A program made the translations under genes and the position numbers. Positions 14,550 through 23,696 of a stretch of DNA of 55,541 bases are shown here, piece after piece. A model generated the notes under the pieces. It saw nothing but the letters and a program-made list of their open reading frames with translations, had not been told where the DNA came from and ran no database searches. Every line of letters begins with the position of its first letter. Position 1 is the first letter of the stretch. The DNA is from Candidatus Eiseniibacteriota bacterium (GTDB taxonomy: Bacteria > Eisenbacteria > RBG-16-71-46): contig JANLOX010000121.1 of assembly GCA_031366795.1 (NCBI GenBank), positions 1 through 55,541 of the forward strand, given 5' to 3'.

Positions 14550-15148
14550 TGTTCACGGGACTGGTGGAGACGCAGGGTACGGTCGCGGGACGCGAGCAGC
14601 GCGAGGGCGGACTGCGGCTCATGCTACGCGTGCCGCAGGGCTACGATGCGCTGACCGGCGACAGTATCTCGGTCAACGGCTGCTGCCTCACCGTGACGGG
14701 CATCACGCCCGCTGGACTCACCTTCGATGTCGTGCCCGAAAGCGTGCGGCGCACCGCACTCGGCGATCTCGCGAGCGGCGATGCCGTGAACCTCGAGCGC
14801 TCGCTGCGGCTCGACTCGCGCCTGGGCGGGCACCTGGTGCAGGGACACATCGATGGCGTGGGACGCGTGATCGAAGTCTTGCCGGAAGGCGAAGGCAAGC
14901 GCATCGCCTTCGAGGTGCCGAAAGCCATCGCGCGCTTCGTGGCGGAGAAGGGTTCGATCGCGATCGATGGCGCCAGCCTGACGGTCGCGGCGTGCGCGGG
15001 GACGCGCTGCGAAGTGGCGTTGATTCCCCACACACTGGCATCCACGGTCGCGGGGCGCTATGTCCCGGGGACCCGAGTCAATATCGAGGCGGACGTGATG
15101 GCGCGCTATGCGGCACGCCTGATGGAAGCCGCAGGGGAGGATCGATGA
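14549..15148 (+). CDS. ribE: Riboflavin synthase
   Basis: Starts MFTGLVE. GDSISVNGCCLTV, VNLER, GGHLVQGHID, KGSIAIDG. ATG overlaps the ribD stop. Confidence 0.97.
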   Translation: MFTGLVETQGTVAGREQREGGLRLMLRVPQGYDALTGDSISVNGCCLTVTGITPAGLTFDVVPESVRRTALGDLASGDAVNLERSLRLDSRLGGHLVQGHIDGVGRVIEVLPEGEGKRIAFEVPKAIARFVAEKGSIAIDGASLTVAACAGTRCEVALIPHTLASTVAGRYVPGTRVNIEADVMARYAARLMEAAGEDR

Positions 15149-16530
15149 GCGTCATGACGAAAACTCGCAAGGCGCCGCGCAAGGCGGCAGCGCGCAAGGC
15201 GCCACGCGGGGCGACCGCGACGAGTGCGGCCCGCAAGTCGCCGCGCAAGGCTGCAGCGCGCAAACACGCAACCCCCGCCGAGCCCCGCATCGCGCGCGGA
15301 CAGGGGATCCCCAAGGACCTGCGACTCACCGTCGAGCAGGCGGTCAAGCGCATCGGCGAAGGCAAAATGATCATCGTGATCGACGATGAAGATCGTGAGA
15401 ACGAAGGCGATGTCGTGTTCGCCGCGAGCAAGGCGACGCCCGAGACCGTGAACTTCGCCCTCAAGCATGGCCGCGGCATTCTGTGCGCGCCGATGTCGGC
15501 GGAGGAATCGGATCGTGTCGGGCTCAAGCTGATGGTGGATCGCAACACTGCGCGCTTCGCCACGCCCTTCACCGAGTCGGTCGACGCACGTATCGGCACC
15601 ACCACGGGCACTTCCGCATTCGACCGCGCGAAGACGTTGCGTGTGCTGGCGAATCCCAAGACGCGTAGCGAGGACCTGCTGCGGCCCGGGCACATCTTCC
15701 CGCTGCGCGCGGTCCCCGGCGGAGTGTTGCGCCGCGCCGGGCACACCGAGGCCGTGCCGGATCTCTGCCGGATGGCGGGACTGCGGCCGGTAGGAGCGTT
15801 GTGCGAGATCCTGACCGAAGACGGTCACATGGCTCGGCTGCCGGAGTTGATCCCGTTCGGCCGCAAGCACGGGCTCGGCATCCTGACGATCCGCGACCTG
15901 ATCGAGTACCGACGCCAGAGCGAGCAACTGGTGCGTCGCGTGGTGTCGGTGCCGCTGCCCACCCAGTACGGCACCTTCCAACTGGTGTTGTTCGAGAGCC
16001 TGCACGAAGGCGACCACCACGTCGCGCTCGTCAAGGGCCGCATCACCGGTCGCGACCCCGTGCTGGTGCGCGTCCATTCGCAATGCCTGACGGGCGACGT
16101 GTTCGGCTCGCAGCGCTGCGATTGCGGCGCGCAGATGCACGCGGCCCTCGCGGCGATCGGCAAGCGGGGGCGCGGCGTGTTCCTGTACCTACGCCAGGAA
16201 GGCCGCGGGATCGGGCTGGCCAACAAGCTCAAGGCCTATGCGCTGCAGGACGAGGGGCTGGACACGGTCGAGGCCAACGTCAGGCTGGGCTTTGAGGCCG
16301 ACTTGCGGGATTACGGTATTGGCGCCCAGATCCTCTACGATGTAGGAGTCCGCAACCTCGAGTTGATGACGAACAACCCGCGCAAGGTCGTCGGGCTGGA
16401 GGCGCACGGGTTGCACATCGTGCGCCGCGTGGCGGTCAAGATCGCGCCCAATCGCCACAACCGGAAGTATCTCGCGACCAAACGGGACAAACTCGGCCAC
16501 CTGCTGGACGTGGGCCTGGGAGAAACGTGA
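15145..16530 (+). CDS. ribBA: Bifunctional DHBP synthase / GTP cyclohydrolase II with basic N-terminal extension
   Basis: DDEDRENEGD, RPGHIFPL, RAGHTEA, RVHSQCLTGDVFGSQRCDCG, QEGRGIGL, TNNPRK. RBS GGGGAGG precedes ATG 15145. Confidence 0.97.
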   Translation: MSVMTKTRKAPRKAAARKAPRGATATSAARKSPRKAAARKHATPAEPRIARGQGIPKDLRLTVEQAVKRIGEGKMIIVIDDEDRENEGDVVFAASKATPETVNFALKHGRGILCAPMSAEESDRVGLKLMVDRNTARFATPFTESVDARIGTTTGTSAFDRAKTLRVLANPKTRSEDLLRPGHIFPLRAVPGGVLRRAGHTEAVPDLCRMAGLRPVGALCEILTEDGHMARLPELIPFGRKHGLGILTIRDLIEYRRQSEQLVRRVVSVPLPTQYGTFQLVLFESLHEGDHHVALVKGRITGRDPVLVRVHSQCLTGDVFGSQRCDCGAQMHAALAAIGKRGRGVFLYLRQEGRGIGLANKLKAYALQDEGLDTVEANVRLGFEADLRDYGIGAQILYDVGVRNLELMTNNPRKVVGLEAHGLHIVRRVAVKIAPNRHNRKYLATKRDKLGHLLDVGLGET

Positions 16531-17006
16531 GCGTGCTGGAAGTTCGTCCGGATCACGACGCCAAGGGCCTGAAGTTCGGGCTGGTCGCGGCGTGCTTCAA
16601 CGAGCGCTACGTCCAGCGCCTCGTGCAGGCGGCGCTCGAGGTGTTCAAGGGCCGCGGCGCACTCGAATCGGACCTCGCGGTCCATTGGGTACCGGGCGCC
16701 TATGAGCTGCCGTTGGCGGCGCGATGGATGGCGCAGCATGCGACGCCCGATGCCATCGTGGCGTTCGGCGTCGTCATTCGTGGCGAGACCGAACACTTCC
16801 GGCTGGTCGCTGATGCGTCTTGCGAGGGACTGATGCGCGTCACGCTGGACACCGGCGTGCCGGTGCTCAACGGCGTGCTGGCGGCGTATGACGCCGCACA
16901 AGCCGAAGCGCGCTGCGGCGGAGCGATGGGCAATCGCGGCGCCGAGATCGCGTTGGCGGCCGTCGCGATGGCGCGGTTGCGCGCCCAGGTGACGCCGCGT
17001 GGCTAA
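16527..17006 (+). CDS. ribH: 6,7-dimethyl-8-ribityllumazine synthase
   Basis: VPGAYELP, GVVIRGETEHF, NGVL motifs, in rib operon context. Confidence 0.95.
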   Translation: MSVLEVRPDHDAKGLKFGLVAACFNERYVQRLVQAALEVFKGRGALESDLAVHWVPGAYELPLAARWMAQHATPDAIVAFGVVIRGETEHFRLVADASCEGLMRVTLDTGVPVLNGVLAAYDAAQAEARCGGAMGNRGAEIALAAVAMARLRAQVTPRG

Positions 17007-17433
17007 GCCGGCTGCCGGACCGCGCCGCCGCGCGCGGGAGACGGCGTTTCGCGTGGCGTTCCAGGCCGACGTCAATGGCGACACCTTCGCCGACACATGG
17101 GATGCGCGCCGCGTCGAGGAGCACCTGAGCGATGACCAGGAAGCGCTCGTCGTCGATGTCGTGCGCGCGCTGACGGGACAGGGTCACGAAGTCGACCGCT
17201 TGTTGCGCGAAGCGGCGAAGCACTGGCCGCTCGAACGCTTGAGCGGCACGGATCGCGCGGTGCTGCGCTCGGCGGTCGCCGAACTGCTGTCGCGCGCGGG
17301 CACGCCGGCGCGTGTGGTGATCGATGAAGCGATTGACCTGGCGCGCGCCTACGGCTCCGAGGAGTCCGGGCGATTCGTCAACGGTGTGCTCGACACCATC
17401 GCGCACGCCCTGCGGCCAGCGGAATTCGAATGA
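16999..17433 (+). CDS. nusB: Transcription antitermination factor NusB
   Basis: RRRARE..F, WPLERL..DRAVLR, IDEAIDLARAYG...FVNGVLD. Canonical position after ribH. Confidence 0.95.
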   Translation: MAKPAAGPRRRARETAFRVAFQADVNGDTFADTWDARRVEEHLSDDQEALVVDVVRALTGQGHEVDRLLREAAKHWPLERLSGTDRAVLRSAVAELLSRAGTPARVVIDEAIDLARAYGSEESGRFVNGVLDTIAHALRPAEFE

Positions 17434-18155
17434 AGCTGGCGCTGCTCTCGGACATCCACGGCAATCTCGAGGCCCTTCAGGCGGTGCTCGCGGATGTCGC
17501 GGCCTTTAAACCCGATGCGCTGGCCTGCCTCGGTGACTTCGTGGGCTACGGGGCCTCGCCCAACGAATGCATCGGGCGGCTCAAGCCGCTGATCGAAGCG
17601 GCGGTGGTGGGCAACCATGACGCCGCGGCGCTCGGCAAGCTGCGGCTCGGCGGCTTCCAGACCGATGCGGCGACGGCGGCCCGCTGGACCGCGGAGCAGC
17701 TCACGCCCGAACACCGCGCCTACCTCGACGGCCTGCCGTATTCGATCGTCTGGCATGATCACCGCCTCGTGCACGCCACGCCGTCCGAACCCGAGGAGTG
17801 GCACTACGTGTTCTCGATCGCCGATGCGCGGTTGGAGTTCGGCACGTTTCGCGAACGGCTGGGGTTGATCGGCCACTCGCACGTGCCCGGGGTGTTCGAA
17901 AGTGACGGCGCCAAGATCTCCTACCTGCGCACACCCGAGGTCGAGTTGCGCGCGGGCAGGCGTTACCTGGTGAACGTGGGTAGCGTGGGCCAGCCGCGCG
18001 ATGGCGACCGGCGGGCCGCATGGCTGCTGCTGGATACCGACGACGACCGGCTGGAACACCGCCGCGTGGAGTACGACATCGAGGCTGCCGCGACGCGCAT
18101 TCGCGACGCCGGGCTGCCGCCATTCCTGGCCGAGCGGCTCAAGTGGGGGGAATGA
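17430..18155 (+). CDS. Metallophosphoesterase (YfcE/MJ0912-like)
   Basis: DIHGN, GDFVGYG, GNHD, GHSH, NVGSVGQPRD motifs. Confidence 0.9.
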   Translation: MKLALLSDIHGNLEALQAVLADVAAFKPDALACLGDFVGYGASPNECIGRLKPLIEAAVVGNHDAAALGKLRLGGFQTDAATAARWTAEQLTPEHRAYLDGLPYSIVWHDHRLVHATPSEPEEWHYVFSIADARLEFGTFRERLGLIGHSHVPGVFESDGAKISYLRTPEVELRAGRRYLVNVGSVGQPRDGDRRAAWLLLDTDDDRLEHRRVEYDIEAAATRIRDAGLPPFLAERLKWGE

Positions 18156-18928
18156 TGCGCCGCGTCTCCACGCTGGATCATTGGGAGTCGTACTGGAAGG
18201 GCCACCAGGATCTCGACCGCACCTACTCGACGGGGGGAAGGCTCGCGCGCGAGATCCTCGCCGACGGTGCGGTGCGGGGTAAGCGCGTGCTCGAAGTCGG
18301 CGCGGGTTCGGGGCGTGACTCGATCGCCCTGGCGCGCGAGGGCGCCATCGCCATCGTGCTCGACTATTCGCCCGCTTCGCTGCGGTTGGTGCAGCAGCAG
18401 GCGCGCGCGCAGGGACTGCCCGTGCAGCTGGTGCACGCCGATGCGCTGGCCATGCCGTTCCGCGACGGCTCGATCGACATCGTCTTCCACCAGGGGCTGC
18501 TCGAACACTTCCGTGACCCCATGCCCTTGCTGGTCGAGAACGCGCGCATCACGCGCAAGGGCGGGCACGCCATCATCGACGTGCCCCAAGCGTTCCATCT
18601 TTACACCCTGATGAAGCAGACCCTGATCCTGTTCAACGCGTGGTTCGCGGGATGGGAGACGCAGTTCACGCCCGCGGGGCTCGAGCGTCGCGTGGCAGAG
18701 GCCGGCTTCACCGTGCGGCGCACGTATGGCGAGTGGATGGTGCCGGGGCTCGCCTACCGCGTGCTGCGCGAGTTGCTCAAGCGCGGGCTTAAAGTCAGCC
18801 TGCCGCTCGAGCCGCGTGGGCCTGAATGGTGGGCTTTAGCGTGGGAAGGGTTGCGCGCCCGCTGCTCGCGCTCGCGCTGGTCGCTGTGGACGAGTCACGT
18901 GATCGGAACGGTAGGCGAGAAGCCGTGA
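18152..18928 (+). CDS. Class I SAM-dependent methyltransferase
   Basis: VLEVGAGSG motif I, ADALAMPFRDGSID, GLLEHF. ATGA overlap with the upstream stop. Confidence 0.88.
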   Translation: MMRRVSTLDHWESYWKGHQDLDRTYSTGGRLAREILADGAVRGKRVLEVGAGSGRDSIALAREGAIAIVLDYSPASLRLVQQQARAQGLPVQLVHADALAMPFRDGSIDIVFHQGLLEHFRDPMPLLVENARITRKGGHAIIDVPQAFHLYTLMKQTLILFNAWFAGWETQFTPAGLERRVAEAGFTVRRTYGEWMVPGLAYRVLRELLKRGLKVSLPLEPRGPEWWALAWEGLRARCSRSRWSLWTSHVIGTVGEKP

Positions 18929-20064
18929 GCGGCATGCGGCACCTGCTGGCCATCAATTTCCGCGACCCGGGGCATCCCGAGGCCGGCGGGGCCGAGCTGC
19001 ACCTGGAGGAAATCCTGCTGGAAGCGGTGCGCCGCGGCTGGCGGGTGACCTGGCTGGCCTCCGGGTTTCCCGGGGGTGCCAGCGAATCCACCCACCGCGG
19101 GATGACCATCGTGCGCCGCGGGCTGTGGTGGAACTTCAATCTGGTCGTGCCGGGGGTGCTGCGGCGGGAATTTTCCAACCCTCGGCCCGATCTGGTGGTC
19201 GAAGACATCAACAAGGTGCCGTGCTTCACGCCACTCTGGACCCGCTCGGAAGTCGCCGTGATCGTGCCGCACCTGTTCGGCGCCACGGCATTCCAGGAAA
19301 CCGCATGGCCGGTCGCGATCTATGTGCAATTCATGGAGTGGTTCATTCCCAGCGTCTACCGGCGTTGCCGCTTCGTCGTGATCTCCGAGAGCACGCGGGA
19401 CGACCTCGTGCGCCGCGGTGTCCCCGCCGCCCGGATCACCGTGGTGCATTGCGGGATGGATCATGCCGCCTACCCGGCCGCCGATGCGGCGGAAAAATCG
19501 GTGCAGCCCTCGGTGGTGTTCGTCGGGCGCCTGCGCCGCTACAAGGGGCTCGACTGGCTGATCCGCACCTTCCCGCGCGTGTTGTCGCGGGTGCCGGGGG
19601 CGCGGCTCACGGTGATCGGCGATGGCCCGGACCGCGAGCGATTGAACGCGACCGTGACGGGTTCCGCAGCACTTGGCGCGGTCGAGTTCCTGGGCTTCCT
19701 ACCGCGCGCCGAGAAGGCGCGGTGGTTGCGCTCGGCGTGGGTCGTCGTCCAGCCTTCCCCGAAGGAAGGCTGGGGCCTGACCGTGATCGAAGCGGGTGCG
19801 AGCGGAAGTGCTGTGGTGGCGGCCGACAGCCCGGGATTGCGCGACTCCGTGCGACGTGACGAAACGGGACTGCTCGTGCCCTTCGGCAACGATGCCGCGA
19901 TGGCCGACGCGCTGGTGCGCGTGCTCACCGATGCGGCGCTGCGGCGCAAGCTCAGCGATGCCGGGATCGCCTGGGCGCGGCGCTTCCAGTGGCCGGACTG
20001 TGGCGCGCGCTCGATCGAGGGGCTGACGGGCGGCACCTTGCGTACGCCCAAGGGCTCACGGTGA
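18925..20064 (+). CDS. Glycosyltransferase family 4
   Basis: GGAE near the N-terminus, FVGRLRRYKG, KEGWGLTVIEAGASG. Confidence 0.9.
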   Translation: MSGMRHLLAINFRDPGHPEAGGAELHLEEILLEAVRRGWRVTWLASGFPGGASESTHRGMTIVRRGLWWNFNLVVPGVLRREFSNPRPDLVVEDINKVPCFTPLWTRSEVAVIVPHLFGATAFQETAWPVAIYVQFMEWFIPSVYRRCRFVVISESTRDDLVRRGVPAARITVVHCGMDHAAYPAADAAEKSVQPSVVFVGRLRRYKGLDWLIRTFPRVLSRVPGARLTVIGDGPDRERLNATVTGSAALGAVEFLGFLPRAEKARWLRSAWVVVQPSPKEGWGLTVIEAGASGSAVVAADSPGLRDSVRRDETGLLVPFGNDAAMADALVRVLTDAALRRKLSDAGIAWARRFQWPDCGARSIEGLTGGTLRTPKGSR

Positions 20065-21092
20065 GCGGCACGGGAGCCGCGGTCGAGTCGGCCAGGCCAG
20101 GTTTGCCCAAGGCGTGGTTGCTGGTGGCGAAGGTGCTGTTCTCGCTGGGCCTGTTTGCGTTCCTGTTCACGCGCATGCCGGTGGCGAATGTCGCGGCGAC
20201 CCTGCGCGCCGCAAATCCCGCGATCCTCGCGAGCGCCTTCCTGCTGTTGTTCGTGAGCAACGTATTGGGAGCGTGGCAGTGGTGGCACCTGCTCGACGCC
20301 GTCGGCATCCGCATCAAGTTCCCCCGCGTGTTGGGCTACTACCACGTCGGGTTGTTCTTCAATAATTTCCTGCCCGCGAACATCGGCGGCGACATCGCGC
20401 GCGTGGTGGACGCCTCGCGTCACGGCGAGACTCGCGCGGCGGCCGTCTCGACGGTCGTGCTCGATCGCGTGATCGGCACGGTGGCACTCGCCGGGCTCGC
20501 GGTGGTGACCACGGTACCTGCGATCAACCGCTTCCATCTCGGGCTCATGTACCTGGCGCTGGTGGGGTTCCTCGTGCTCAGCGTCGGCATGCTCATCGGC
20601 GTGCTGCACCCGAGCGTGCTGCCGGCGGTCGAGCGCGTGATGTCACGTATCGGTCTCAAGTTTCTCGAGCCGCACTTGGACGACCTGTCGCGGCGCTTCG
20701 CCGCCTATCGCGCGCGCGGCCGCTTGTTCGCGGGGTTGATCGCGCTGGCGCTGGTGATCCAGGTCATGCGGGTGGGGGTGCACGTGCTGGTAGGGAGGGC
20801 GCTGGGGCTGACCCTGCCGCTGACCTACTTCCTGCTTTTCGTTCCGTTGCTGGCGGTGATAGTCTCGCTGCCCATCTCATTGAATGGCATTGGGGTACGC
20901 GAAGGCGCCGGCATGGTGTTGTTCGGCCTGGCCGGGGTCGGTCGCGAGCTGGCGTTTTCGCTCCAATTCACGACTTATCTGGTGGCCGTCGCCGTCAGCC
21001 TGCTCGGAGCTTTCGTGCTTTTGGGCAGGACGGTGCGACGGAGCCTGCGGTCGCGCGATCCTTTAGGAGGTCCGCCTGATGTTCAGCCGTGA
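20061..21092 (+). CDS. Lysylphosphatidylglycerol synthase TM-domain (UPF0104) flippase-like membrane protein
   Basis: GLFFNNFLPANIGGD, VLDRVIG, LPISLNGIGVREG; polytopic. Confidence 0.88.
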   Translation: MSGTGAAVESARPGLPKAWLLVAKVLFSLGLFAFLFTRMPVANVAATLRAANPAILASAFLLLFVSNVLGAWQWWHLLDAVGIRIKFPRVLGYYHVGLFFNNFLPANIGGDIARVVDASRHGETRAAAVSTVVLDRVIGTVALAGLAVVTTVPAINRFHLGLMYLALVGFLVLSVGMLIGVLHPSVLPAVERVMSRIGLKFLEPHLDDLSRRFAAYRARGRLFAGLIALALVIQVMRVGVHVLVGRALGLTLPLTYFLLFVPLLAVIVSLPISLNGIGVREGAGMVLFGLAGVGRELAFSLQFTTYLVAVAVSLLGAFVLLGRTVRRSLRSRDPLGGPPDVQP

Positions 21093-23691
21093 GCGCACCA
21101 CCGTCCTCGTGGCGCTCGGTGTCTACGCCGTGGTGGCGATCGTTTACATGATCACGCTGGCCCCGACCGTGCCGTTCTGGGATGCCGGCGAGTTCATCGC
21201 CTGCTCGTACATCCTCGGCATCCCGCACCCGCCCGGGACTCCGCTGTACATCCTGCTCGGCCGCGTCTGGTCGCTGATCCCGCTGGGCACCGTGGCGTGG
21301 CGCATCAATGCCATGTCGGCGCTGCCCTCGGCGCTGACCATCGTGTTCACCTACCTCTCGACGCTCAAGCTGATCCGGCTCGCGCAAACGCGCGGGGGGG
21401 AAGAGGGCGCTGAGGCTACGCTTACCGACGACCTGTTCGCGCACCTGGGCGCCGTGATCGGCGCACTGCTGCTCGCCTTCTCCGACAACTTCTGGGAGAA
21501 CTCGATCGAGGCCGAAGTCTACTCGCTCGCGAGCCTCGCGCAGATCCTCGTGTTCTGGCTGGGGCTCAAGTGGTGGGAGGAGCACGAGAAGCGCCCCACC
21601 GCGGGTCCGCTGCTGCTGTGCGTCTACGTGATGTGGCTGAGCGTCGGGCTGCACCTGGGTGTGGGGCTCATGGGGCTGCCGCTGATCGTGCTGGTGTGGC
21701 TGGTCGACCGGCGCGCCGCGACGGTGTTCGCCATGCCGTTCCTCGCCATCATGCTTGTCACCATGGGGCTCGAGAAGATGGCAGGCGGCGTCATCCTGCT
21801 GTCGATGATCACGTTCTTCATCTTGGCGGCGCAGCGCAAGCTCTCCTCGACCGTCGTGTGGATCTCATCCGCGCTGGCGGCGTACGCCCTGTACTACGCC
21901 TATAGCGACCTCGAGATGACCCCGTTCGCCGCGGCCGTCGCCGTCGCCTCGGTGTCGCTGCCGCTGATCGCGCTGTCCCGGCGCTCGAAGGAGGGCAAGA
22001 TCATGGCCCTGGCACTGGGGCTCATGGTGATCGGCTACTCCACGCACGCCTACCTGCCGATTCGCGCTGCCTTGCACCCTGCCATCAACGAAGGCAACCC
22101 CTCGACCTGGCCTGCCTTCCGCGACCTGCTCGAGCGCAAGCAGTACGGGCAGATGGACATGTTCACCCGCCGCTCGGCGTGGGGGAACCAGCTCAACAAG
22201 GAATTCTGGCGCTACTTCTCGCGCCAGTGGCTGCTGTTCCCGGCAGACCGCTTGTGGTCGACCCTGTTGCCGCTGGCGCTGGGCCTCGCCGGGGCGTGGT
22301 GGCAGTTCAAACGGGAGAAGAAGTCGTTCCTCTACACCTTCGTGATCTTCGGGTTATCGACGGCCGGCCTGATCGTGTTCCTCAACTTCTCGGATCATGA
22401 AGTCCGCGACCGTGACTACTTCTTCACCACCGGCTACCACATCTACGCGCTGTGGATCGGCATGGGCGTCACCTACGCGATGGTGTGGGTGCGCGACTCG
22501 TTCTCGCCGGGGGCGCTGCAGCGCTATGCCACCGCGGCCGCGGCATTGTTACTGGCGTCGCAGCCGGTACTGCTCGCGCGCACGATGTGGCACTCGCACG
22601 ACCGCCGCGGCAACTACGTGGCGCACGACTACGCCTACAACATGCTGGCGGCGCTCAAGCCCCACTCGTACATGTTCACCAACGGCGACAACGACACCTT
22701 CCCGCTGTGGTACATGCAGCAGGTCGAGCACTTCCGCCAGGACGTGCGCGTCGTCAACCTGAGCCTGCTCAACACCGACTGGTACATCCAGCAGTTGCGC
22801 GACGAAGCGCCCAAGGTGCCGATCAAGCTCGACGACGCCACGATCCGCCAGTTGGGCGTCGGCTACGTGCGCGACGCCAACGGCCAGGCGATGTACACCA
22901 ACGAGTTCATGGTGCATCACCTGATCGATCAGTCGCGCCAGGGGGACGGCTGGTCGATGCAGCCGTTCTTCGCCGTGACCGTGCCCGAGCACTACGGCTA
23001 CGAGAAGTACTTCACGCTCGAAGGCCTCGCGTATCGCGTCAATCGCGACACGCTGCAGGGCCTGATCGACGTTCCCAAGACGAACCAGTCGCTGTACGAG
23101 ACCTTCAAGTATCGCGGGCTGTTCTTCGCCGATGGCGCCTGGGACACGCTGGTGTATAAGGACGAGAACGCCTCGACGCTGTCGCGCAATTACATGGCAG
23201 CGCATATCCAGCTGGCCTATCACTACCGCCGGCAAGGCGACTTGAAGCATGCGATCTCCGAGATGGAGCGCGTCAGCCGCATGTTCCCCGACTTCACCGA
23301 AGGCCTGGTTCCGCTCGGCAGCTTCTACATCGAGGCGGGGGACACGGCCAGGGCAATCGAGTTGTTCCATCACCTGACGGCGCAGGACGCTTCGAACCCC
23401 GAGGCCTGGTACTACTACGGCGTCGCGTTGGCGTCCAAGGACCAGATCAAGCAGGCGATGGATTGCTTCGACAAGGCGATCCGGCTCGATCCCAACTACC
23501 CGAACCCGTTCTACGCTGCCTACTACACGCTCAACCAGGCGGGGCAGACCGAGAACGCCCTGCACTATCTCGAGCAGTGGCTCGAAGGGCACCCGCAGGA
23601 CGCGCAGACGCGCGCGCTGCTCGACCGCCAGCATCCGCAGGCCAGTGGGCAGCCGTTGTTGCGGCGTCCCGTAGCACCGGTCCTGCCCTAG
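21079..23691 (+). CDS. DUF2723 / TMEM260-like GT-C glycosyltransferase with C-terminal TPRs (candidate protein O-mannosyltransferase)
   Basis: PTVPFWDAGEFIA...LGIPHPPGTPLY, AEVY, EVRDRDYFF, GDNDTFPLWY, VVNLSLLNTDWY. TPR-like helices (PEAWYYYGVALA...KAIRLDPNY). Confidence 0.88.
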   Translation: MFSRERTTVLVALGVYAVVAIVYMITLAPTVPFWDAGEFIACSYILGIPHPPGTPLYILLGRVWSLIPLGTVAWRINAMSALPSALTIVFTYLSTLKLIRLAQTRGGEEGAEATLTDDLFAHLGAVIGALLLAFSDNFWENSIEAEVYSLASLAQILVFWLGLKWWEEHEKRPTAGPLLLCVYVMWLSVGLHLGVGLMGLPLIVLVWLVDRRAATVFAMPFLAIMLVTMGLEKMAGGVILLSMITFFILAAQRKLSSTVVWISSALAAYALYYAYSDLEMTPFAAAVAVASVSLPLIALSRRSKEGKIMALALGLMVIGYSTHAYLPIRAALHPAINEGNPSTWPAFRDLLERKQYGQMDMFTRRSAWGNQLNKEFWRYFSRQWLLFPADRLWSTLLPLALGLAGAWWQFKREKKSFLYTFVIFGLSTAGLIVFLNFSDHEVRDRDYFFTTGYHIYALWIGMGVTYAMVWVRDSFSPGALQRYATAAAALLLASQPVLLARTMWHSHDRRGNYVAHDYAYNMLAALKPHSYMFTNGDNDTFPLWYMQQVEHFRQDVRVVNLSLLNTDWYIQQLRDEAPKVPIKLDDATIRQLGVGYVRDANGQAMYTNEFMVHHLIDQSRQGDGWSMQPFFAVTVPEHYGYEKYFTLEGLAYRVNRDTLQGLIDVPKTNQSLYETFKYRGLFFADGAWDTLVYKDENASTLSRNYMAAHIQLAYHYRRQGDLKHAISEMERVSRMFPDFTEGLVPLGSFYIEAGDTARAIELFHHLTAQDASNPEAWYYYGVALASKDQIKQAMDCFDKAIRLDPNYPNPFYAAYYTLNQAGQTENALHYLEQWLEGHPQDAQTRALLDRQHPQASGQPLLRRPVAPVLP

Positions 23692-23696
23692 CCGCC

